Source of the DNA: Burkholderiales bacterium
GTDB lineage: Bacteria; Pseudomonadota; Gammaproteobacteria; Burkholderiales; Burkholderiaceae_C
Length of the DNA stretch: 64,000 nucleotides
Assembly (NCBI GenBank): GCA_038204775.1
Contig: JBBRCN010000009.1
Location: 5,489-69,488 of the forward strand
Reading direction: 5' to 3'
Made by a program: the position numbers and the translations under genes
Part shown: in pieces, positions 27,969 through 36,931 of the stretch
How the letters are laid out: every line of letters starts with the position of its first letter
How positions within the stretch are numbered: the stretch's first letter is position 1
Notes under the pieces: generated by a model
The model's database searches: none
Seen by the model: the letters and a program-made list of their open reading frames with translations, nothing else
Told to the model about the DNA's origin: nothing

Positions 27969-30929
27969 TCAGAACGCACGCCCCGCAGTCAGGTAGCCGC
28001 GGGTGCCCTTGGGCTCATCCAGGCCGCGCGCCACGCCCAGCCGCAACTGCAGGCCCAGCGCATACAGCAGTTTCACTTCGCCCAGCAGCTCCACCCCCAC
28101 CCCCCGGCGCCAGGTGCCGGGGCCGCTGCCAGTGCTCCAGGCGCCGCCGACATCGGCAAACGCGGTGGCTGACAGGCGGTTGATGCCCACGGCAGGCACC
28201 ATGGCGTGGCGGTCGATGTCGGCCAGGGGCACACGCCATTCGACGGTGGCCACCCGCGCGTTGGCGCCGCGCAGGCCACTTTCGTCACCCCTGTAGCCGC
28301 GAAGCGACAGGCGGCGGTCGTTGAGCGTGGGGCCCAGTTGCAGCAGGTCGTCGTTGACACCGCCCAGTTGAAAGGGCTCGGTACGGCCGTTGGCGCGGGC
28401 TTCGGTGTAACGCAGCGCCAGCACGCTGCGGCCGACGATGGCACCGGTGCCCAGGTAGCCGCGCAGGTCGGCGCGCAGCACGCCGCCGTCGTAGCGGCGG
28501 CTGTCACCGCCGGCCAGGGGCTTGTAGCTTTCCAGTAGCAGCGTGCCGTGCGCGCCGCGGTTGGCGCCTTCGCTGAACCAGTCGCCGTTGCTGAAGTCCA
28601 CGTCCAGCAGCGCTGCCAGCAGGCGTTCGTCCTGTCCGCGGGTGGTGCTGGCCGGCGGGCCGCTGATGCCCAGATCCACACGGTCGGTCCATTCGCCAGC
28701 GGCGCCCACACCCAGCAGCACGCGGCGTTGCAGCCGCGTGAAGGGGAACAGGCTCAGCCACTGCGCGCGGGTGCTGCGGTCGTAGACCGAGGTCCGGTCC
28801 TTGTCGCTGCTGGTGATCCAGGCCCGTGCCGCCACGTCGCGCTGCACGGCCAGGCTGTGGCTGCCGGCAAACTGGTACTCCAGGCTGCCGATCAGCTCTT
28901 TCTGCGAGGTCTCCCACATCGCCAGCGCGGCGTAGCGGTGCCAGCCCAGGGCGTCGCCGCCCGACGTGCTGGCGCCGTAGGCCGACAGGCCGCGGTCCAG
29001 CACCGCGGCAGGCAGCCAGGCGCGCGGGCGCAGCGCGGCCAGGGCCGAGTAACGGCGCGCCGGGCCCAGCGCCGTGGCCGCGTCGGCGGCCGCGGCATCC
29101 GGGGGCGTTGGCGCAGCGACCGTCTGCACTGCCTGCGTCTGCACCGCCTGCGTCTGCACCGCCTGCGTCTGCACCGCCTGCGTCTGCACCGCCAGCGTCT
29201 GCACCGCCAGCGTCTGCAACACCACCGGCTGCGCCAGCCGGTGCAAGGCCACACCCCTGCTGGCGATGACGGCGCTGAGCAGTGAACCGTCGGCCGCCGT
29301 GCCCGCGTGCGCCACCACCGACGTGTGGCTGTGCGTCAAACGCTGGATCTCGCCGCTGGCGGCCGACAGCCGCCAGACGTTGTTGACACCCGCCTCGGCA
29401 GTAATGAACTCCAGCCCCAGGGCGCCCTGTCGCAGGCCCTGCATGGGCACCGCGCGACGCAGCAGCAGGCGCGGTGCGGCCTGCGGTGTGGCCAGGTCCA
29501 GCTGCAGCAACTGCCAGTCGCCGCCGCGGCGCGCGATCCAGCTCACCTGCCGGCCGTCGGCCGAAGCCGCCAGGTCGATGAGATCGGTGCCTTCCACGGC
29601 CGGCAGCAGCACCCGGGGGTTCTGGCCCTGCGCGTCCAGTTGAAGCAGCGACGTGCGGCCGGCATCCTGCTGCAGCGCCAGCAACACGGGACCGGCCTGC
29701 ACCGCGCGACGCAGGCGGGCGCAGCGGGTCAACTGCTGCAGCTGGCCAGCCTGCAGCCGGTACAGGTCGTAGGCCAGGTGCAGGGTGTTGCAGACGTCGG
29801 GCTGCATGACCAGCACCTGGCCGTCGGCCGCCACGTCCACACGCGCGCCGCGGTTCACGCGCCCCACTCGCTGGTGCGTGCCGTCGGCGGCAAAGCGGGT
29901 CAGGTGCGCGCCGTCCAGGCCGTCTTCGACCACCACCAACCAGCCGCCGCCAGCACCACCGGCGCTGGTGGGCATCGCGGCCAGGCTGCCGATGTCGAAC
30001 AGCGGACCGGTGAGCGCCGCGCCCACGGTTTCGGGTTGGCTGCGGATGGCTGCCGCGCGGCTGTCCACCTGCTGCGTCAGGTCGGCCAGGAAGTCGGCCC
30101 ACAGTTCGTCCATCATGCGGCCGGTGGCGGCCCAGGGCGCGCTGTGCAGGCGCGGCACGATGTTGCCGCTGTACTGGTGCACGATCTGGCCGATCTTGTC
30201 CGGCCCGTGGCGGCGCGCCACAAAGTCCATGAAGTAGGCGCCGTACAGGTACTGCTTGTTCAGCGGCAGCGTGCGGCCGTCCGCATTGATTTCCGCCAGC
30301 GTCAGGAACCCGCTGGCCCTTTCGGTGCGCAGCCAGGCTTCGAAGGCCGGGCTGTGCAGGCGCCCACGGCCGCTGGCAGGGTCGCTTTCGTTCCACACCG
30401 CCAGGCCTTCGAGCATCCAGCCCGGCTGGAACAGGTTGGGGATGAACCAGGGCACGTTGCCGAAGATGCGCTGCAGCACACCCGGCACGCCGCGCACCTT
30501 GTCCAGGTGCACGGCGTGGGTGAACTCGTGCACCAGCAGCAGGTCGATCCAGGCGCTGTTGTCCAGCAGCTCACCTGCATCAGGCGGGGCCAGGAACACA
30601 CCCATGAAGTTGTAGGGCAGCGGCGTGGCAAAGCCATTGGCCAGGTCGAATTCGCTGTACAGCACGATCTCGGTGCGTGTGCGCGGCTGCCACTGCAGCG
30701 CCTGCGTGACCCGTGGGTACACGCGCTCGGCGGCACGCGCCACGGCCTGCGCCTGCGCGCGCTGGCCATCGCGGTAGTGGATGCGGAAGTTGGCGCTGTC
30801 GGCGCTGAACCAGTCCACACGCGGGTCGGCCAGCGGCTGGGCCAGTGCTGCAGAACCAGCGCAGCACAAGAGCAGGGCCAGGCACGGCCCGGCAAGGGCA
30901 CGGAACAGGCGGGACGCGGCGAACGGCAT
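27969..30929 (-). CDS. Omp85/BamA-superfamily outer-membrane protein with N-terminal zinc-peptidase-like and beta-propeller domains
   Basis: Signal peptide; HEFTH...EGLA zincin motif; TolB-like propeller segment; barrel with LRGY motif and terminal F. Confidence 0.75.
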   Translation of the reverse strand: MPFAASRLFRALAGPCLALLLCCAGSAALAQPLADPRVDWFSADSANFRIHYRDGQRAQAQAVARAAERVYPRVTQALQWQPRTRTEIVLYSEFDLANGFATPLPYNFMGVFLAPPDAGELLDNSAWIDLLLVHEFTHAVHLDKVRGVPGVLQRIFGNVPWFIPNLFQPGWMLEGLAVWNESDPASGRGRLHSPAFEAWLRTERASGFLTLAEINADGRTLPLNKQYLYGAYFMDFVARRHGPDKIGQIVHQYSGNIVPRLHSAPWAATGRMMDELWADFLADLTQQVDSRAAAIRSQPETVGAALTGPLFDIGSLAAMPTSAGGAGGGWLVVVEDGLDGAHLTRFAADGTHQRVGRVNRGARVDVAADGQVLVMQPDVCNTLHLAYDLYRLQAGQLQQLTRCARLRRAVQAGPVLLALQQDAGRTSLLQLDAQGQNPRVLLPAVEGTDLIDLAASADGRQVSWIARRGGDWQLLQLDLATPQAAPRLLLRRAVPMQGLRQGALGLEFITAEAGVNNVWRLSAASGEIQRLTHSHTSVVAHAGTAADGSLLSAVIASRGVALHRLAQPVVLQTLAVQTLAVQTQAVQTQAVQTQAVQTQAVQTVAAPTPPDAAAADAATALGPARRYSALAALRPRAWLPAAVLDRGLSAYGASTSGGDALGWHRYAALAMWETSQKELIGSLEYQFAGSHSLAVQRDVAARAWITSSDKDRTSVYDRSTRAQWLSLFPFTRLQRRVLLGVGAAGEWTDRVDLGISGPPASTTRGQDERLLAALLDVDFSNGDWFSEGANRGAHGTLLLESYKPLAGGDSRRYDGGVLRADLRGYLGTGAIVGRSVLALRYTEARANGRTEPFQLGGVNDDLLQLGPTLNDRRLSLRGYRGDESGLRGANARVATVEWRVPLADIDRHAMVPAVGINRLSATAFADVGGAWSTGSGPGTWRRGVGVELLGEVKLLYALGLQLRLGVARGLDEPKGTRGYLTAGRAF
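29121..29220. repeat. In-frame 15-bp tandem repeat x~6.7 encoding QT[L/Q]AV
   Basis: cgtctgcaccgcctg units read directly. Confidence 0.92.
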
Positions 30930-31052
30930 GTGGCAGAACCTCGAGCGGTTGAAGGCGACGGGCTATTTCACCACCGGCCCATGCAGAATCGGCCCATTGC
31001 ACCAATCACCGCCGCGCGCCACGCGGCCCAGCGCCGCATCATGGAAGACCAC

Positions 31053-31778
31053 ATGCAAATCCCGACCCTGGAAACGCAGCCGGCATCGAAGATCCACCTC
31101 ATCGGTGGCGAAAAGGGCGGCGTGGGCAAATCGCTGGTGGCCCGCCTGCTGGCGCAGCACTTCATCGACCACAAGCTGCCTTTCGTGGGCTTCGACACCG
31201 ACCGCTCGCATGGCAGCCTGCTGCGTTTTTACGCCGGCTACGCCAGCCCCGTGCTGGTGGACCGCTACGAGGCGCTGGACCACATCATCGAAGCTGCGGT
31301 CGATCAACCCGGCCGGCGTGTGCTGGTCGACCTGGCGGCGCAGACCCACGACCCGCTGGTGCGCTGGATGGACGAATCGGGCGTGCTGGACATGGCCGAC
31401 CTGCAAGGCATCACACTGCAGTACTGGCACGTGATGGACGCCGGCCGTGACAGCGTGGATTTGCTCGAGCGCCTGCTGGACCGTTTTGGCCAGCGCCTGC
31501 ACTACGTGCTGGTGTGCAACGAGCTGCGCGGCGACGACTTCGGCCTGCTGGAAAAGTCCGGCCAGCTGGACCGCGCCAAGGGCCTGGGCGCCAAGACCGT
31601 GCACATCCGCCGACTGCAAGACACGGTGATGCAGAAGATCGACGGCAAAAACGCCAGCTTCTGGGCGGCCGCCAACGTCACCGGCTCGGAAGGCCCGGGC
31701 CTGGGCTTGATGGAGCGGCAGCGGCTGAAGCTGTGGCTGCACCACACCAACGGCCAGCTGAACAAGGCCGAGCCTTGA
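31053..31778 (+). CDS. ParA/MinD-like P-loop ATPase (mobilization-protein-like)
   Basis: GGEKGGVGKS deviant Walker A, FDTDRSH, VLVDLAAQ; start 31041 or 31053. Confidence 0.8.
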   Translation: MQIPTLETQPASKIHLIGGEKGGVGKSLVARLLAQHFIDHKLPFVGFDTDRSHGSLLRFYAGYASPVLVDRYEALDHIIEAAVDQPGRRVLVDLAAQTHDPLVRWMDESGVLDMADLQGITLQYWHVMDAGRDSVDLLERLLDRFGQRLHYVLVCNELRGDDFGLLEKSGQLDRAKGLGAKTVHIRRLQDTVMQKIDGKNASFWAAANVTGSEGPGLGLMERQRLKLWLHHTNGQLNKAEP

Positions 31779-31822
31779 CCAGGTGACGGCCTGACCGGGC
31801 GCAGGCGGCGCCGGCGCCGCTG

Positions 31823-32398
31823 CTACTCCTGCTCGCGCTGCAGCTTCTCGCTCTTCCAGTACACGTCGTCACCGCCCAGCCCGTCCAGGTTGGCGCGGTT
31901 GAGCACCCGCGCCAGCACGAACATCAGGTCGCTCAGGCGGTTGAGGTACTGGCGCGGTGCGTCGTTGAGTTTTTCAGTGGCGCCCAGCGCAACGACGGCA
32001 CGTTCAGCGCGCCGCGCCACGGTGCGGCTGACATGCGCCAGCGCTGCGCTGCGGGTGCCGGCGGGCAGGATGAATTCTTTCAGCCGCGGCAGCTGCGCGT
32101 TGTGTTGTTCCAGCGCCTGGTCCAGCCGCAGCACCGCGTCGGCTTTGAGCAATTCAAAGCCGGGGATGGACAGTTCCCCGCCCAGATTGAACAGCTCGTG
32201 CTGGATCAGAACCAGCAGTTCGCGCACATCGGCCGGCAGCGGTTCGGCCAGCAGCACGCCCAGGCCTGAATTCAGCTCGTCGACATCGCCCATCGCGGCC
32301 ACCCGCAAGTGGCTCTTGGGCACCCGCGTGCCGTCACCCAGGCCGGTGCTGCCGTCGTCTCCGGTGCGGGTGGCGATTTGTGTGAGGCGGTTGGACAT
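31823..32398 (-). CDS. pduO: ATP:cob(I)alamin adenosyltransferase, PduO type
   Basis: TRTGDDGST, GDVDELNS, FILPAG, RTVARRAER, YLNRLSDLMFVLAR. Confidence 0.93.
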   Translation of the reverse strand: MSNRLTQIATRTGDDGSTGLGDGTRVPKSHLRVAAMGDVDELNSGLGVLLAEPLPADVRELLVLIQHELFNLGGELSIPGFELLKADAVLRLDQALEQHNAQLPRLKEFILPAGTRSAALAHVSRTVARRAERAVVALGATEKLNDAPRQYLNRLSDLMFVLARVLNRANLDGLGGDDVYWKSEKLQREQE

Positions 32399-32525
32399 GG
32401 TGATCGGCAAGTGGTGGTTGGGGCAACCGTCGATTGGACCATCAACGCCGCCGATGAGCCGCTTCGGGGCTTCGGGGTTTGGGCGCCCGGCCCGCGAGAC
32501 CGGCACGCGCCGCAAGCCGGCAGCT

Positions 32526-32840
32526 TCAGCCCGTCAGGCGCATTGCCAGTCGCTGCAGCAGCGGCCTTTGTTTCCATTCCCGGCAGGCCCGGTCGGCAAA
32601 GGCCCGGCCGCGCGGGTTGAGGCGGTAATAGTGAACGTGTTCGAAGCCGTCGGCGTTGGCGAACTCTTCGATCAGGCCGTAGCTGGCCAGCGGCTTGAAG
32701 GCCGTGTACAGCGTGCTGCCGTTCAGCACGCAGCGCTCGTCCGTGGGGTCGGGCCGCACCAGCACGCAGCCTCGGCGCAGGTGGGTCAGGGCGTCGATGA
32801 ACTCGCCCCGGTCAGCGATGATGGGCTCGGGTTGGGACAT
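32526..32840 (-). CDS. Small hypothetical protein (104 aa), possible winged-helix-like
   Basis: GAGG RBS; typical codon usage; YGLIEE...YYRLNPRGRAFA. Confidence 0.65.
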   Translation of the reverse strand: MSQPEPIIADRGEFIDALTHLRRGCVLVRPDPTDERCVLNGSTLYTAFKPLASYGLIEEFANADGFEHVHYYRLNPRGRAFADRACREWKQRPLLQRLAMRLTG

Positions 32841-33032
32841 GTGGGCCTCGGCGCTGTTGTATCGCAAGAAGCGCCTTTTGTGCAGATCCGCGTGCAGTCT
32901 AGGGGCGCGCACGGTCGATCGGCACCAACCCACGCATTTCCGCGCCCCGCAGCGGGATGCCCCGCAGCACGGAGCGATTGGCCTACGATGCTGGCGGCCA
33001 GCGAAGCTGCCCTGCGCAACCGGAGACCCACC

Positions 33033-34454
33033 ATGAACGCCCCCTTGCCCGACCGCGTGCTGCCCCGCGTCGAACTGCGCCCCATGCCGCCAGCCATGCT
33101 GGACACGCTGCGCCAACGCTTCGGCGACCGTTGCAGCACGGCCGCTGCCGTGCGCGACCAGCACGGCCGCGGCGAGAGCGTCTACGACGCGGCGCCGCCC
33201 GAGGCGGTGGTTTTTTGCGAGAGCAACGACGACGTGGTGTTTGTCGTCAAGCTGGCGCACGAACACGCGGTGCCGGTGATTCCTTTCGGTGTCGGCAGTT
33301 CGCTTGAAGGGCACCTGCTGGCGGTGCAGGGCGGCGTCAGCGTGGACCTGTCGCGCATGACACAGATCCTGAGCGTCAATGCCGAAGACCTGACCGTCAC
33401 CGTGCAGGCCGGCGTCACACGCGAGCAGCTCAACCGCGAGATCAAGGACACCGGTCTGTTCTTCCCCATCGACCCCGGCGCCAACGCCAGCCTGGGCGGC
33501 ATGGCCGCCACGCGGGCCAGCGGCACGAACGCCGTGCGCTACGGCACCATGCGCGAAAACGTGCTGGGCCTGACGGTGGTGACCGCGGCGGGCGAGCTCA
33601 TCCACACCGGCACACGCGCCAAAAAAAGCAGCGCCGGCTACGACCTGACGCGCCTGATGGTGGGCAGCGAAGGCACGCTGGGCGTGATGACCGAGGTGAC
33701 GCTGAAGCTGTTTCCGCTGCCCGAGGCGGTGAGCGCGGCGGTGTGCAACTTCCCCAGCATCGACGCGGCGGTGCAGACCACCATCCAGATCATCCAGATG
33801 GGCGTGCCCATCGCGCGTTGCGAGTTGCTGGACGCCCATGCCATCCGCGCCGTCAACAAACACAGCAAGCTCTCGCTGCGCGAGTCACCGCTGTTGCTGA
33901 TGGAATTCCACGGCAGCGAGGCCAGCGTGAAAGAGCAGGCACAAACCGTGCAAGCGCTGGCCGCAGAACACGGCGGCGAAGCCTTCCAGTGGGCGCGCAC
34001 GCCCGAGGAACGCAGCAAGCTGTGGGCGGCGCGCCACCAGAGCTACTTTGCCGCGCTGCAGACGCGCCCCGGCTGCCGCTGCCAGAGCAGTGACACCTGC
34101 GTGCCCATCTCGCGCCTGGCCGAGAGCATCAACGACAGCGTCGACGAGGCAGAGGCCTCGGGCATCCCGTACTGGATCGTCGGCCACGTGGGCGACGGCA
34201 ACTTCCACCTGAGCTACCTGATGGACCCCAACGACGACGCCGAGGTGGCCGCCGTCGAACGCCTGAACGTGCAGATGGTGCAGCGCGCGCTGCGCCTGGG
34301 CGGCACCTGCACCGGCGAACATGGCATCGGCCTGCACAAGATGGGCTACTTGCTGGAAGAAGCCGGCACCGGTGCAGTGGACATGATGCGCAGCATCAAG
34401 CAGGCGCTGGACCCGAAAAACATCATGAATCCGGGCAAGGTGTTTGTGCTGTAG
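33033..34454 (+). CDS. FAD-linked oxidase (D-lactate dehydrogenase/GlcD family)
   Basis: PFGVGSSLEG, FPIDPGA, RYGTMREN, GSEGTLG, GHVGDGNFH, TGEHGIG, MNPGK. Confidence 0.93.
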   Translation: MNAPLPDRVLPRVELRPMPPAMLDTLRQRFGDRCSTAAAVRDQHGRGESVYDAAPPEAVVFCESNDDVVFVVKLAHEHAVPVIPFGVGSSLEGHLLAVQGGVSVDLSRMTQILSVNAEDLTVTVQAGVTREQLNREIKDTGLFFPIDPGANASLGGMAATRASGTNAVRYGTMRENVLGLTVVTAAGELIHTGTRAKKSSAGYDLTRLMVGSEGTLGVMTEVTLKLFPLPEAVSAAVCNFPSIDAAVQTTIQIIQMGVPIARCELLDAHAIRAVNKHSKLSLRESPLLLMEFHGSEASVKEQAQTVQALAAEHGGEAFQWARTPEERSKLWAARHQSYFAALQTRPGCRCQSSDTCVPISRLAESINDSVDEAEASGIPYWIVGHVGDGNFHLSYLMDPNDDAEVAAVERLNVQMVQRALRLGGTCTGEHGIGLHKMGYLLEEAGTGAVDMMRSIKQALDPKNIMNPGKVFVL

Positions 34455-34594
34455 CGAACTGTCGAGAGAATTGACAACTCGTAGCCCTGCGTGCGGCAGG
34501 CAAATTCGCAAGTGGTGGTGACGCGGGTGAAATTTCCAAACGGCCTGCAACTTGCATGAACGCCGCCTTGTCGCCAACTACCTGGTACTCCCAC

Positions 34595-35347
34595 GTGAAA
34601 ACTGCACACCGCGTCATCAGCGCCCTTGCCCTGGTCACCGCCAGCCTGTCGGCGCCAGCCGCCGTGGTCATGTCCACCGTCGGCATGAGCGGTGACTTCA
34701 GCGTCAGCGGCTTTGCCGACGGCACGCCAGAGAGCTTCAGCGCCAGCTACAGCGGCCTGGCCGGCTCGATAGACCTCACCGCCCTGCCTGACGGCTACTA
34801 CACCGTCAGCGCCAAGGGCGGTGCCACTTTTGTGGCCTTTCCCGGCCCTGGCGGTACGCTGAGCATCGACGTACCCGTGGCCACGCCGGTGTTCACGGGC
34901 TTCCTGGGCTCCACTGGCCTGACACCCGGCAGCTATGCCTTCACCTTCGGCAGCGTGCTGCCGTTTGCGATTCCGTTTGCCTTCGACATCCATTACGACG
35001 GCCAGGCCAGCCCCGAGGTGATGGGCGTCCTGGCGCTGCTGGGCTTTCCGTTCGTCGACCCGGCGGGCGCCGGCACGCTGTCGGTCAGCGGCACCTTCAA
35101 TGCCGATGGCATCAGCGCCAACATCGACTTCAGCGAATCCGGCCTCAGCTGGGCCGGCTTTGGCCGCACGCTGATGATGGCGGATGCCGCCTTCGGCCCT
35201 GGCAGCCCCGACCTCATCGACGGCAGCTTCTCGCTGCGCAACATCGAGATCACGGCCACGGCGGTGCCTGTGCCCGCGACGCTGGCGCTGGTCAGCCTGG
35301 CACTGCTGTTGGCGGGTGCGACAGGTCGGCGCTCGCTGAGCCGCTGA
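34595..35347 (+). CDS. Exported protein with PEP-CTERM-like sorting signal (VPVP variant)
   Basis: N-terminal signal peptide; C-terminal VPVPATLALVSLALLLAGATGRR. Confidence 0.78.
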   Translation: MKTAHRVISALALVTASLSAPAAVVMSTVGMSGDFSVSGFADGTPESFSASYSGLAGSIDLTALPDGYYTVSAKGGATFVAFPGPGGTLSIDVPVATPVFTGFLGSTGLTPGSYAFTFGSVLPFAIPFAFDIHYDGQASPEVMGVLALLGFPFVDPAGAGTLSVSGTFNADGISANIDFSESGLSWAGFGRTLMMADAAFGPGSPDLIDGSFSLRNIEITATAVPVPATLALVSLALLLAGATGRRSLSR

Positions 35348-35377
35348 AAACCTGAGGGCCGACGAACGGATCGCTGA

Positions 35378-36931
35378 TCAGTTCGTCGGCGCCGGCACGC
35401 TGAATCGCTTGGTCACGTCGCCCTTGGCGTTGGTGCTTTCCAGGTGCACGCCAAAACCCCACAGCCGTGCCACGTGTTTCATCACTTCTTGACCGCTGTC
35501 GTGCAGCGGGCGGTCGTTGTGCTGGAAGTGGCGCAGCGTGAGTGATCGGTCACCGCGCAGGTTGACGTTCCAGACCTGGATGTTGGGTTCGCGGCTGCCC
35601 AGGTCGTACTGACGGCTGAGCGACTCGCGCACGCGGCGGTAGCCGCTGTCGTCGTGGATGGCGCTGACTTCCAGCTCGTTCTGTTTTTCATCGTCGTGGA
35701 TGGCAAACAGGCGCAGGTCGCGCATCAGCTTGGGGCTGAGGTACTGGCCGATGAAACTTTCGTCCTTGAAGTTGCGCATGGCGTGGTCCAGCACGGGCAG
35801 CCACGGCTTGCCCGCGATATCGGGAAACCAGTCGCGGTCTTCGGCGTCGGGCTTTTCGCAGATGCGCACGATGTCCGTGTACATCGCAAAGCCCAGCGCG
35901 TACGGGTTGATGCCGCTGTAAGCCGGGTGCCCCACTGGCGGCTGGTAGATGACGTTGGTGTGCGACTTCAACCACTCGATCATCACGCCGTCGGTCAGGA
36001 AGCCGTCGTCATACATGGTGTTCAGCAGCTTGTGGTGCCAGAACGTGGCCCAGCCTTCGTTCATGACCTGGGTCTGGCGCTGCGGGTAGAAGTACTGCGC
36101 CACCTTGCGCACGATGCGCACGATCTCGCGCTGCCAGGGTTCAAGCAGCGGCGCGTTTTTTTCGATGAAGTACAGCAGGTTCTCTTGCGGTTCATCGGGG
36201 AAGCGCTTGGCCTCTGGCGCGGCGCCTTCCTTTTCGGCACGGCGCGGCAGCGTGCGCCACAGGTCGTTGACCTGGCGCTGCGCGTAAGCCTCGCGGTCGA
36301 TGCGCTCGGCCAGTTCTTGCGCCAGGCTCTTGCGGCTGGGGCGGCGGTAGCGGTCCACGCCGTGGTTGGACAGCGCGTGGCAGCTGTCGATGAAGTTTTC
36401 CACCGCGTCCAGCCCATGTTTTTCTTCGCAGGCCGCAACGTAGTTCTTGGCGTAGACCAGGTAGTCGATGATCGACGCCGCATCGGTCCACATGCGGAAC
36501 AGGTAGTTGCCCTTGAAGAAGCTGTTGTGGCCATAGGCCGCATGGGCAATCACGAGGGCCTGCATGGCCATCGTGTTTTCTTCCATCAGGTAGCTGATGC
36601 AGGGGTTGCTGTTGATGACGATTTCATAGGCCAGCCCCATGTGGCCACGTTTGTAGTTCTTCTCGGTGGAGATGAACTCCTTGCCGTAGCTCCAGTGGCG
36701 GTAGTTCACTGGCATGCCCACGCTGGAGTAGGCGTCCATCATCTGCTCGGCAGTGATGATCTCCAGCTGATTGGGGTAGGTGTCCAGCCCGAAACGATCG
36801 GCCGTGGCCTTGATGATGCGGTGGTAGCGATCGACGAGCTCGAAGCTCCAGTCGCTGGGGCCGGGCAGGTGTTCGCTGGGGCGCTGGGCCAGCGGCAGGG
36901 GTTGCTCCAGGGCCAGGGGCTTGAGCTTCAT
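35378..36931 (-). CDS. ycgB: SpoVR-family protein
   Basis: YRHWSYGK, AYEIVINSNPC, HAAYGHNSFFK, TQVMNEGWATFWH. Confidence 0.95.
   Translation of the reverse strand: MKLKPLALEQPLPLAQRPSEHLPGPSDWSFELVDRYHRIIKATADRFGLDTYPNQLEIITAEQMMDAYSSVGMPVNYRHWSYGKEFISTEKNYKRGHMGLAYEIVINSNPCISYLMEENTMAMQALVIAHAAYGHNSFFKGNYLFRMWTDAASIIDYLVYAKNYVAACEEKHGLDAVENFIDSCHALSNHGVDRYRRPSRKSLAQELAERIDREAYAQRQVNDLWRTLPRRAEKEGAAPEAKRFPDEPQENLLYFIEKNAPLLEPWQREIVRIVRKVAQYFYPQRQTQVMNEGWATFWHHKLLNTMYDDGFLTDGVMIEWLKSHTNVIYQPPVGHPAYSGINPYALGFAMYTDIVRICEKPDAEDRDWFPDIAGKPWLPVLDHAMRNFKDESFIGQYLSPKLMRDLRLFAIHDDEKQNELEVSAIHDDSGYRRVRESLSRQYDLGSREPNIQVWNVNLRGDRSLTLRHFQHNDRPLHDSGQEVMKHVARLWGFGVHLESTNAKGDVTKRFSVPAPTN

Noticed and set aside
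29307-31040. 823-aa fusion ORF ending in the ParA-like domain
   Set aside because: The N-terminal extension is antisense to the Omp85 gene; the real start is 31041 or 31053. The same applies to the 31890 extension of the FAD oxidase.
34588-34603. parS-like CACGTGAAA cores here and at ~54404-54415
   Set aside because: The flanks lack the GTTT/AAAC palindrome; too many mismatches.
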